This document shows, piece after piece, positions 53,004 through 64,000 of a stretch of 64,000 nucleotides of DNA. Position 1 is the stretch's first letter, and the number at the start of each line of letters is the position of its first letter. The DNA is from Blasia pusilla (lineage: Eukaryota). The notes beneath the pieces were generated by a model. The model was not told the DNA's origin. It made no database searches and worked only from the letters and a program-made list of their open reading frames with translations. The position numbers and the translations under genes are program-made. The stretch covers positions 28,954,001 through 29,018,000 of the forward strand of contig CM114271.1 of the NCBI GenBank assembly GCA_050084515.1, written 5' to 3'.

Positions 53004-53130
53004 TTGGAGATATTTTGATACTTCTCGCCTCTATGTATGGATGTCATGAGTTAGCATGGGATCGTGTGTGTTTGTGTGTGTGTTCGATGACAATGATGTA
53101 TGTTGTGTAGCGATGTGTATGCGCACGACA
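53003..53130 (+). repeat. Terminal repeat B2 (128 bp), element 3' end
   Basis: Repeat of B1, ending GCGCACGACA. Confidence 0.9.
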
Positions 53131-53279
53131 GAGACGCTAAATTAGAATTTTTAAAAATTTGAAGATCGCCCTAGATTACCCAACACTCTTGTCCTTTTTA
53201 ATTGAGTTCAATATTTCAAGTTTTAATTGGGTGTGTTTCGTATTGTTTCTAATTTGAGTGTTGGATTTTGAAAACTACT

Positions 53280-54560
53280 TCACTCCAATTTCCTTGCATA
53301 ATTGTGAGGACTAGAAAAATCACCTTTTTCATTGGAATATGTATCACCACCAATCATAATATAAATTGAACTCTTTTTTCCTACTCGAGGTAGTAATACC
53401 ACGTATAATTGGCCATGAGAAAATATATGCATGAGTAAGTAAATTCCAGCCTTTCTCAAAGTTTGACCTTGTAATTTGTTGGTGGTCATGGCAAAAGTTA
53501 GATGGATAGGAAATTGGAATCTACGTAAATGATAACGCAACCACGAGTCACCTTCTATCAATGAAATCTACATAATGAAAACTTGATCTCCAATATTCAT
53601 ACATGAGCATACACTAAGATAAGTACACGCACTTGTTAGAAAAAAATTTCCCAAAAAAATATTCAAAATTTGATGAATTAGACTAAATGAAGTCATATTC
53701 GTTAAGAGTAAGAATATTAAGAGTATAGATTACTACCTCTCCAGAAAATGGAGGCATGACATTCATATTTATGTCATCAACATCTCTATTTCTTGGTGTG
53801 AGAATAGTTGTATCTCTCAAAAAGTTGATGTCATGAAATCTTTGAAGATCAATCTCATGTAAAATATCAATAAAATCATTTATATTCTCGCTTGAAACAA
53901 CCATGTTAGACGACAATCGAATAAAATCTTCTCCCAAAGAAGTATGTAACAACACATGACCCTCTCCCACCTCCAATAACCAATAAGCAAAAGCTCGTTG
54001 ATAAACACATACATTCCCTTCTAAATTTTGACCTCTAATTTTTGTAGTAAGCTTCTCCTCTTTGATATAGGATCATAAATGTGATCTTTTTAAAGTGGCT
54101 TGGATAATTTTGGGACAATCCCTATGACGAATGACATGTAAAACTTGTCGAAAGTGGCCATTGAAAATAAAGAGCTTTCCTCCAAATGATATATCCCTGA
54201 GGTTCTGAGAGATCACTCCCACAATATCTTGCAAGGTTTGATTCACAGCCTCAAATGCATGACGATGAGTCGTAGGTGCCTTGTCCCATATAATAAGTGT
54301 CGCCTTCTAGATAACATGCATTGGGTGAATTTTGAAAAGTATGTTGCAAGTGGAGCTTTCATCAAGATTTATGGAAATCCTAAAGCATGAGTGCATCGTA
54401 CGTCCTCCATATAATAATAATGAAACTCTCCTAGGTGATGCATTCGCTAAACCATAACCTTTGGCATTTCTTACACTTTTCAAAAGAAGATTATATAAGA
54501 AGGTTTTCCCAGTTCCATCTGGGCCATCAATGAAAAACAAATTTGTAGAAGTTAGAGCAT
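53280..54560 (-). pseudogene. Helitron-type PIF1 helicase relic 1
   Basis: FFIDGPDGTGKTFLYN, GGRTMHSCF, ILTPRNRDV, RRFQFPIHLTFAMTTNKLQGQTL, FSHGQLYV. Confidence 0.85.
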
Positions 54561-54689
54561 TGAAGATGCATATCCTACTCTCGTATTCTTGTATTAAAGG
54601 CGGAGATAGTCTCGGATGTTTATTTCAATTAAGAATTTATTTATACACTTTATTTCTAGTCTAGCCATCCTTGGAGCCACCTTCCTTGT

Positions 54690-56300
54690 TTGAATGTTCA
54701 TTGCTTCCAATCGTTATGTGGATAGAACTTCTCTTTCCTACCCTAAACCCTAATATTACATACAATCAACCATCAGAGAATACGAGAGTAGGCAAATAAA
54801 TTCCTATCTTTTATAGATTTTAATAGACTTATGAATAGTCATAGCAAAAGATGGTTGAATAGGGAATTGAAACCTACGTAAATCAAATGGCAAACCAGAG
54901 TTGGATGCAATAAATGGGATACGTGGAATAAAATTTTGATTTCCAATATTCTTCCCTATAATGATTTTAGCTTCTATGCAATGTTGCATGAATCCACGAA
55001 TCACCAATCTAGTCTCATTTGCTTGTCTCTATGATCCATTTATGTTTCGCAAGAGCATGATCGGTACACCAATCTTCAAACATAGACGGTGTGGAGGTAA
55101 TTCGGAAGGTAAGCATGTATTCAAAATTTCAATGGGATACATGTGGCTCATCCTCTCATTTGGAATAGACTTAATGCTTAGGTAAATATGCTCATGTACA
55201 CGATATAGTGTGAATTAGTGAAAAGAAGAAATGTTAAATGATTGTCCAAATTTCAAAAAAAGAGTTTTATAAAGATGATGTGAAGATGATTGAATATTTA
55301 TATTATCAATATCTCTATTTCTCAGTGTCAAAATAGTTGTATCTCCTAAGAAGCCAATGTCATGGGATTGGTTGGGAAATTTTCCATAGATAAGATCAAT
55401 AAGATCACATATCTCATTACTTTTAGTAACCATTTTAGATGGAACTCGTATACACTCTTCACTCTGTTGAGGGTACAAAGATACACAACCCTCTTTCATC
55501 TGCATCAACCAATCAACAAAAGCTTGTTGCTCAACACGCATATGACCTTCCAATCTTTGAATTCGCATGTTTGTTGTTAACTTCATCACCTTTACATACG
55601 ACCATAGAGATGAGCTTTTGATAGTGGCTTGGATGATTTGTGGACGGTCCCTATGACAAACAATAGGTAACACTTAACAGAGTCACCACCAAATATAATG
55701 AGTTTTTTGCCAAATGGAATTTGTCTTAGATTAGCAGACACCATTCCGATGATATCTTGTAAAGTGTGATTCACTGCCTCAAATGCATGGCGATGAGTCA
55801 TAGATTCTTTTTCCATTATAATAAGAATTGCAGTCCAAATTAAGCACGCTTCGAGACTAATGGATCGATAAACTACAAATGAAAAATTGAAGTAAATTAA
55901 AACTTGTAATTTCTACATATAAGATATTAATTTATAGAGTAAATTGGATCTTAAGTATATATGATGTTTATTTGCATGTTGAATTCTCATGAAGATTTAT
56001 TGGAATCTTGAAGCATGAATGTGTAGTACGTTCTCCGTCTAATAATAGACTAAATATTTCGAATGATGTCACAACCAAAGCTACACCTCTTGCACTTCGC
56101 ATACTTGCAAGAAGAAGATTGTACAAAATTTTCTTTCATGTTCCACCTGGATTGTATATAAAAAATATTTTTGGAGATGATGGAAGATTCAAGCATATTT
56201 TATCAAGCCCATTATGTATAGCATCTCAAATAACACATTGTCATTTATTCAAACATGCTTCTCTCATTTGTACTTGTTCAAATAATTCCTCAATATCATA
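54690..56300 (-). pseudogene. Helitron-type PIF1 helicase relic 2
   Basis: HRHAFEAVNHTLQDI, FGKKLIIFGGD, LTTNMR, FIPRI...RRFQFPIQPSFAMTIHKS; degenerate Walker A near 56150. Confidence 0.85.
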
Positions 56301-58063
56301 CAATATCTCTTATTCCCCTAGATCTAAATATGATTGTGTATGAAGGCTTTCAAAGTTACCTTGGGGCATATTTGGAAAATCAAATAGTCTCTTCCCTTGG
56401 TCTTGCCAATAATAATGGACTTCCAACAACGCAGTATTATTGATGGTATCATCAACAGGAAAATCATGTATTCTAGTTTTGTGCAATGGAAGAGTACTAA
56501 ATAATCGTGATTATCGAGTTTGATGCTTAATAGCACATCCTATAAGGAAAGAAGAAATAATGTAAGAAGTGATGTACTACGTGTTGTCCTTCATATAAGG
56601 GATCCTCAATGAGTGGAACTAAACAATTGACTCCATAGTATAGTAGGATGAGTTCATGTGTAATGTCACGTCTTTTAGGATAGATCAGTGAGATCTAGTA
56701 GAGCGCCTTCATGAGTAGTGGAGGACACGCTCCGTAGGTCGAGGATGACCAGCTGAGGCCTCGGGAAACCTGAGAGAGCAGATTTCCCCTTCGTTTCCGC
56801 TCATTTGGAGCCATATTGAGGAACTTACTCTTTTAGGTAAGTACCATTTTGAGTATATAATCGACTTTCTATTTTTGGTAAGTGGCCCTTGATCTCCTAC
56901 ATCAGGTCAAGAGCCAAGGAGGTGACTTGGGAGAATAGGTTACCATGGAGAGGTCTTGGGAGAGGGGAGGGATATATATCCCAAGGAGAGAGAGCTTGAG
57001 AGCTCATTCTCTCTTTGTTGAACCTCTTGGCATGAGGCAGCGGAGCTATGGTCCCTTGCCTTGTGAGTGTAACCCAAGCCTCTCATTAGGAGAGTGGGTT
57101 TGGTTTGACATGAGAGAGAGTGCACACCTTTGAGAGATATGGTGTAAGATCATCAACTTGTGATGGCATATAACCTCCTGTTATAGTGTTTGAGTTTTGA
57201 TTTCATGCTGCTATGTTGTGATTGGTAGCCGCTCAACGACGATCGGGTACCGTGCCGTGACGCCCGTAACTGCAACACGCCGCTGATTGTCGCGCTGTGC
57301 CGCTCGTGGCCGCACCGCACCATCTCAATCGCAGAGCTGCTCAGGCATTGTGGAGGAGAGTGTGGGTTTATAGTTGATTGAGGAGGGTATGACGCCGAGT
57401 GCCGCATCCCATCATCGAGGGCCGTGTCGTTCGTAGCCGTTTCGTGCCGCCTGCAACGCCGCACCGTTCTGCTGGAACCGCACCGTCTATCGAGGAATTT
57501 TGAGCAACAACAGTACGGGAAGAGTATGACTTGCTGATTGGAGGAGTTGTCTCCACCACCGAGTTGGGGTCGAGATTTGCAGTTGCTGAGGAGCAACATT
57601 GACATGTGTTCAGGTTACCCATTCTGGTCCTTTACCCTGCACGTGTGAGGAATTCTGGGATTTGGGTAGTTTATTTGGGGATACTGGGTGTGTGGATGCT
57701 GAGAGCATCATTTATGTTTGTGGTTTAGGGGACATAGACCTATGTGGGATGTCTGGAGTTGAGGGTAGGTTATCGATGAAATGATAGCCTGGTCGATTTG
57801 CCCCACCACGCCGCTTATTGCCGCACGTTACATGTCTTGGGGAGGGAGAGTATAGATCGAGTGCCGCATGTTTGGGATGAGTGATTGAGGGATTACTCGC
57901 AAGGCAAGAGTGATCGGGTGAGAAGGGCACGAGGGTCATCACGGCGTCCGTTCGGGACTTTGAGAGGCAAGGTGGTGAACCTGAGAGTAGCTCTAGAGGT
58001 TTTACACGGAGTGGCATGAGGTTCTGAGGGTCTTCACTTCAGGGACCACCTCGACCTCCTTCT

Positions 58064-59370
58064 GTGTCATCGTCAGACGAGGGAGAGGGTGTAGAGGAGT
58101 TTGTGAGCACATCGCCACACATTGTGAGTGGTCCTACCAATTGGGCGTACAAGATGGACGACCGGAGTAGAAGACCGCGTAGGTTTTCAGGTGCAGTAGG
58201 TACGATTGAGTTGCACGATTTCATAGTAGAGTTTAGGAGTAGGTGCGACTCCCAACGGGCCAGGAACTCTAGAGAGTTCAACCCGTTTATAGCATGGAAC
58301 GGTATGTTCCAGCATTTAGAGGGGGCACCCATGGACGATTACCATGAGTTCTCCCACAGATATGCCCAGGAGATTGAGGCATGGCGACTCTACTATCTGT
58401 CATAGACGGAGCCGTTCCCAGATGAGGAGGAGGAGTCAGGAGAGGCTACTTCCTCTTCCACTAGTGATGTTTTAGGAGGGGTCACTCGCACTGGAGAAGT
58501 TGCACCGTCTAGTCGGGTTCGTCCCAGGTTCAACCCCGTGGTTGAGTTCTTTGCTGAGTTGAGGGCGAGCTACCAGGGGGTACGGACGGAAAAGTTGTGG
58601 AGCATCCACAACTTCCAGAGGCGCCCGGGTGAGAGTTTACGTGAGGCTTACACTCGCTTGCGCCGGTTGATCAACGTCACTCAGGGGTGACAGAGGCTCA
58701 GGCTATCCAGTCATGGGACGCGATGGTGGACCAGACCCTGCGGCCACGAGTGCGGGAGGGGGTTCTTCTTATGAACACCTCCCCTACGTTGAGAGATGTT
58801 TTTAGGACGATCGAGAACATTGAGTATAATATGGCGGAGGAGAGCGTAGCCACCATGGGTTCTAGGCGAGAGCAGTCGCGATTGGCTGCACCACATGTGC
58901 AGCAACGTGGACTCCAAGATAGGTCAATTGTGGCACCACGAGCTCAGGGAGGATACCGGGAGCCCGTGGCATAGAGACCTGCGCCTTCATATGCGGCTCA
59001 ACAGTAGCCCCCTACTATTACTTGTTGGTCATGTGGTGGAGCCCATCATCAGCGCCATTGCACTCGTCAGGGTCATGGACGTGTGCCTCAGCATGGAGGA
59101 GGAGATGGTGCTCCACCAGGAGGTTATTAGTGTGACTATTGTCAGAGGTATGGTCATACACGCGCCAGGTGTTTCAGTTTACATCCTGAGTTACGTCCGG
59201 ACCAAGGGCCAGAGAGGGCACCAAAGCGAGTAGCCGGTCCGGGTGGGCCTAGAGATCGTGCACCAGGTGGTCCCGTTGGGGGACGAGGAGTTGGAGTTGG
59301 AGTTGCCCGACAGGGTGGTGGAGCTACCCGTGGAGGAGGTAGAGTACCACCACCTAGACGAGCCAAGGGA
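58064..59370 (+). pseudogene. Gag with two zinc knuckles (copy 3)
   Basis: ORFs 58064-58405 and 58687-58974 are homologous to copy 2 gag; CWSCGGAHHQRHC and CDYCQRYGHTRARC. Confidence 0.8.
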
Positions 59371-59587
59371 GACGAGTGTTATGGTAGCCGCATCATTCCG
59401 TGGAGGAGAGGTGCCGTTGTGGGGCTCGACTGAGGAGCTTCGACGATTGGGAGATGAGCACGTGTAGACCGTGTGGAGCGAGGCGTTTGCACCGGAGCGT
59501 GACGGGTCTGAGGAACATGAGGTAGCAGGGAGTGCTACGATGACACCCTTGGATACCACATCCATTGTGTGGTGTACCCGGGAGGAG

Positions 59588-60530
59588 GGTATTCGAGTGT
59601 TAGATCTCTTTGGAGGGATTAGCACCGGGTTAGCTGCTGTTTTGCAGGCATGAGTGGGAGTACAACAGTACCTGTATGTGGAGTGTGATGATGTTGCAAG
59701 GCGCGTCTCACTACGACATGTGGCGCAGTTACGCCTACGTTTTCCCGACTTATTGTCTGCGTCCGTAGTACAGGGGTACCAGAGTTCCCTACCGAGGGAT
59801 ATTTCGTTGTTGGGGGCGCAGGACTTAGAGCGGGTAGGGACCATTGATTTGGTCATTTATGGTTGGCCATATCAGGGCCAATCGAGTGCTGGACGAGGCA
59901 GCGGGTTGGCTGACACTCGGTCCACATTGTTTTGGGAGATGTTGAGGGTCTTACGGCAGTTGCAGGAGCACCAGTCTTGTTCTCCAGCTTACATTCTGGA
60001 GAATGTGCCGATCTTAGGAGACTCCAAGTCACGGGTGGTGACGAGTGCTCATCAAGGCACGTGCGGGATCGCCCAATGATGTTCTTGGATGCGGCGAGTG
60101 TAGGTTCTAGAGCCCATCGCCCGCGTCTATGGTGGACCAACTTGGTGCCCCATGCGGTGTTACAAAGGGCGTATGCGAGAGTGGAGCGCCCCTCCCATTT
60201 GTTAGTGGATTCCATTTTGGATCGAGGTCGTCAATCACAGGCGGTGAGGCACGATGATCGACCACCGTTGATTGTGGTCAACAAGGTAGGCAGGCCGTAG
60301 GCAGCCTTGCCCACGTTTGTGAGTTTTCCCGCTTCCTATGCATACAAGGAGGCCGGTCCTGGCTTGGTTTGGGATGACCAGGCTCAACGGTTGATGGAGC
60401 CCAACGCCGACGAGAGAGAGCGAGCGATGGGATTTCCCACAAGAGTGACGACAGTACCGTCAGTGTCTGAGGCAACACGACGCCATGTCTTGGGTCAGGT
60501 GATAGACCTGAACTCCTTGACATGGATCCT
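59588..60530 (+). pseudogene. DNMT3-like C5 cytosine methyltransferase domain (copy 3)
   Basis: GIRVLDLFGGISTG, YLYVE, DLVIYGWPYQG (catalytic Cys changed to Tyr), YILENV, FLDAASVGSRAHRPRLWWTNL, ERERAMGFP, RRHVLGQ. Confidence 0.93.
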
Positions 60531-60879
60531 CAACTTGGGAGTGGCTGAGCAGCGTCGTATGAGATCACGACAAAACACAACGGTTGCGTTGGTGAGCCCC
60601 ATGCCTACCGAGACGGTGGAGGCAGTGGCTGGGGGCGAGACCCAAGGAGATCTACGCACCAGGGGAGATGGGGAGAGACACCCTTGGACTTCTTGGGATG
60701 TTTTGCAGGTACGCCAGGAGATGATAGCCACAACATCGAGCGTGGTTTCGAGCACTACACGTGGAGGAGATGAGAGTTTGTAGTTGGCTGCAGGAGAGCG
60801 GCCGAGTGTTGTTGTTCGAGACGGGGTTGCACCATAGCAACCACCGATACCCGCACCGGAGAGTCCTATCGTAATCACG

Positions 60880-63800
60880 ATGGAGACTTGGGAGCCAAAT
60901 ATGGGCCCTAAGTTGATAGGAGGAGAGCGGCGCCAAATACATCAGTTCCTCAGGAGTTATAGGAGCTGTTTTGCGTTTAGCATGGAGGATTTGGGTATGC
61001 TGAAGGAACCGGGGATCCGCATTGAAATGTCGAGTGATACGCCGATCTTCCGACGACCCTACAGATACAGTGCTATGGAGAGGGCTCTGATTCAAAGTAG
61101 GAGCCAGGACTTGGTCGGAGCAAGACTAGTGAAGATGTCGCATGGGGAGTATGCATCTGCCACTGTCATGCCCGCCAAGAAGGATGTGCATGGCAATTGA
61201 CGGATAGGCGGATGTGTGGGGATTACCGACCTATCAATCGACAAACAAAGTCCGATAGGTATGCCATGCCCATCCCTGAGGAGATCTTTGATGCGATTGG
61301 TCACGCAAAGGTCTTGAGTTCATTGGATTTGTGAGCCGGATACCATCAATTGCCTATCAGATTGGAGGACAAGCAGAAGACAGCATTTTGGGGCATCGAT
61401 CCTCACGGGAAGGATTGTTTGTACGAGTGGCGGTTCTTACCATTTGGGTTAAAGAACGCCCCGACTGAGTTTCAAAAGGTCATGGATAGGATCTTGGGTG
61501 GTCTGGATTTTGCTAGGTGTTATATTGATGACATCGTAGTCTTTAGCGCCATGGTTCAGGAGCATGAGCGACATCTAGAGGAGGTGTTTTGACGATTGCA
61601 ATTACATGGGCTGAAGCTACATCCAGGCAAGTGCAAGTTCTTCTACGACCAGATTGAGTACTTGGGTCATACGATATACCTTGGGGGCCTTGGTGTTCAG
61701 CATACAAAGGTAGAGGCTATCTCACGCATTCCACGCCCTACAGATGTGAGCGGTGTTCGCACATTCATGGGATTGGTGAACTTCTATCGGCGGTACCTCA
61801 AGGGATTCAGTTCGATTGCGAAGCCCCTGACCTTGCTGACAAAGGTGGATCATGAGTGGCACTGGGGGGATGATGAAGAGCGAGCATTTCAGTAGCTCAA
61901 GGACAGGTTGACGTCCGCGCCCATCTTGGGGAGACCGATCTGGGGGCTTCCTTTCCAGTTGCACACAGATTGGAGCATGTTGGGGCTTGGATCTGTGCTC
62001 ACCCAACATGATGATGAGGGTAGAGAGTTTGTGGTGGCTTATGCTAGCCGCTCGAACAACGCTGCAGAGGCAAAGCACAGCTCGTATAAGGGTGAGTGTT
62101 TGGCTGCGATGTGGGCTGTCGCGCATTTCAGGCGTTACTTATTCGGAAACCCCTTTACCATCATCACTGATCATCAACCACTGAAGTGGTTGATGGAGTC
62201 CCACAAGCTCATAGGGAAGCTTGGGAGATGGGCTGTGTTGTTGCAGGAATATGATTTTCAGGTGGTACATAGACCTGGGACGCTCAACCAGGATGCAGAT
62301 GGGTTGAGTCGTAACCCATGCCCGAGTCAGCGAGATGCGATTGGAGCTCGATGGCATGGAGAGAGTGATGAGGAGTCAGTGCCAGGATGGCATTCGTCAG
62401 CCTATTTAGGCATGTTGGCTATGGAGAGCTAGAGTATGGAGACTTCGATGGCGAGGTCTAGTAGAGAGTCCTTGGATCCCGATGCCAGTGAGGAGACGAC
62501 AGGTGGCCGAGATATTCATGATGATGGAGTAGTCTTGGAGTACCTTCGGACTAGCAGCGTTGCGAGCACCGTGGGTGCTAGAGAGCGGGATCGGATCCTA
62601 CAGCGGGCCATACAGTTCCGTTGGGAGGGGACACATGTTTTGAGGGTTTGGGAGGATGGCAGAGTACGCGTAGTGCCACATCCTTCGTTGAGAGCACGAC
62701 TAGTGCAGCATGCCCACGAGGAGTTGGGTCACTTTGGGGTGAAGCGGACGTATAGCTTGCTCCAGATTCAGTTTTGGTGGCGAGGCATGCAGACTGACGT
62801 TCAGCAGTTTGTTTCCAAGTGCATGGTGTGTGATCGGGTCCGAGCATCGTTCAATGCTCCGACTCCACAGTTGCATCCATTACCGATCATGGGCTTAGGG
62901 TATAGATGGAGTTTGGATTTTGCAGGACCTTTGCCTTTGACGGAGTGTCACAGTCGTTATGTGTTGGTGATGGTCGAGCACTTCTCGAAGTGGATCGAGT
63001 TGGTTGCATTGCTTGACAAAGCGAGTGAGGGAGTAGCTTATGCCTTCCTTGACAGAGTGCTGAGTCATTATGGCGCACCCGTTGAGGTGTTGACAGACCT
63101 AGGTACTGAGTTTCGCGGTGAGTTCCACGCCTTGTGTGATCACGAGCTCATCGACCATCTTACGACTTCGTGAGATCATCCCGAGGCGGATGGATTAGCG
63201 GAGACAGTTGTGCAGACGGTGAAGAAGGGTTTACGCAAGTATGGCTTGCAAAGAGGTCACCTAGGAGATTGGGACCTCCAGTTGCCCTGGTTGGCGATGG
63301 GATACAGATTCAGCAGGCAGGCATCCTTAGCGTGTTTTTCACCGTACTTGCTACTTTATGGCCGAGAGCCAGATTTACCTGCGGCCATTCGTCGAGATGT
63401 TGGTGAGGTGCTGGACCTTGATGACCTAGATGTATGGGTGCGAGCATGTTCTCAAAGGGCTGAGTTATTTCGGAGAGTGATGCCCATGGCGGTCTAGAAC
63501 TTGACGATTGCGCAACATGGGGATACGTTGAGGTATGCGACTATTCGAGGTGATGGTTATCGACCAACTATCCGAAGGTTTCATCAGGGAGATTATGTCT
63601 ACTTGCAGCAAACGGCACCAACGACGTTGGATGTGACTACAGGGCGCACTATCCTGAGAGTGCATGACGTTTTGCCATCCGGTGTTCTCTTGCTGGAGGG
63701 ACGCGATGGTATGGTATGGAAGGACCATATGTGTAATTTTGCACCATGTCACCTTCTTGACATTGATGGTACAGATCCAAGCTTAGCAGTAGTTCCTGCA
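60880..63800 (+). pseudogene. RT - RNase H - integrase (copy 3)
   Basis: LPFGLKNAP, YIDD, LHTDWS, TDHQPL, NQDADGLSR, H-H-C-C (HEELGH...CMVC), WSLDFAGP, LTDLGTEF. ORFs 61350-63950 share one frame. Confidence 0.95.
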
Positions 63801-63809
63801 TGCTTGCAT

Positions 63810-63947
63810 TGTATGTTGTGTGGTTCTGCCCGTGGTGCGGCCACAATGCTAGTCTGTGATGGTTGTTCGAGAGGTTGGCATATGGCATGTCTGACGCCAC
63901 CTCTCACTAGGGTTCCTCCGGGACGATGGATGTGTCCCAGATGTACA
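63810..63947 (+). pseudogene. Complete C4-H-C3 PHD finger at the polyprotein C-terminus (copy 3)
   Basis: CMLCGSARGAATMLVCDGCSRGWHMACLTPPLTRVPPGRWMCPRC, followed by T and stop. Confidence 0.92.
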
Positions 63948-64000
63948 TAAAGGAGATACTAGGTAGGTTTTAATCCCGACTTTTTCTCTAATATGGATGA

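Larger units (their letters stand above)
42996..53130 (+). mobile_element. Near full-length (10.1 kb) DNMT-carrying Gypsy-type retrotransposon, copy 2, with split terminal repeats
   Basis: TGTCAC...CACGACA termini. Domains gag-PR-DNMT-RT-RH-IN-PHD and repeat order A1-body-B1-A2-B2. Flanks GAAAG/GAGAC are not a clean TSD. Confidence 0.9.
56664..64000 (+). mobile_element. DNMT-carrying Gypsy-type retrotransposon, copy 3 (protease deleted; runs off the window end)
   Basis: Starts TGTCACGTCTTTTAGG with repeat A (56664-~57150). Collinear with copy 2 apart from deletions at ~57150 and ~59373. Confidence 0.92.

Noticed and set aside
42996-53130. DIRS/Ngaro (tyrosine recombinase) classification suggested by the split repeats
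   Set aside because: No R-H-R-Y recombinase ORF was recognised. A clear HHCC plus DDE integrase follows RNase H, and the termini are TG...CA.
42991-53135. 5-bp target-site duplication for copy 2
   Set aside because: Flanks GAAAG and GAGAC match at only 3 of 5 positions, so this is either a mutated TSD or a recombinant copy; not claimed.

Overview
Repeat-rich eukaryotic nuclear DNA, probably from a land plant; a non-seed lineage is inferred from gene and transposon content only. It holds two intact, convergently transcribed, intron-containing host genes: sphingosine-1-phosphate lyase (DPL1-like, +, 20805-28259, 16 exons) and glucosidase II alpha subunit (GH31, RSW3-like, -, 37796-41777, 6 exons). 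The rest is mostly decayed transposons: a Copia element, an internally deleted Gypsy element with two solo LTRs of its family, another solo LTR, a tandem mini-Helitron and Helitron PIF1-helicase relics. The main finding is a Ty3/Gypsy-type retrotransposon family present as five pieces (84-4417, ~12960-14570, 30637-31515, 42996-53130, 56664-64000). Its polyprotein is Gag - protease - DNMT3-like C5 cytosine methyltransferase - RT - RNase H - DDE integrase - PHD finger. Its ends are split direct repeats (A-body-B-A-B) with a CA-nn-TG internal junction rather than ordinary LTRs with a tRNA primer site. All copies here are pseudogenised. Coordinates were read by eye and may be off by a few bases; no database searches were run.
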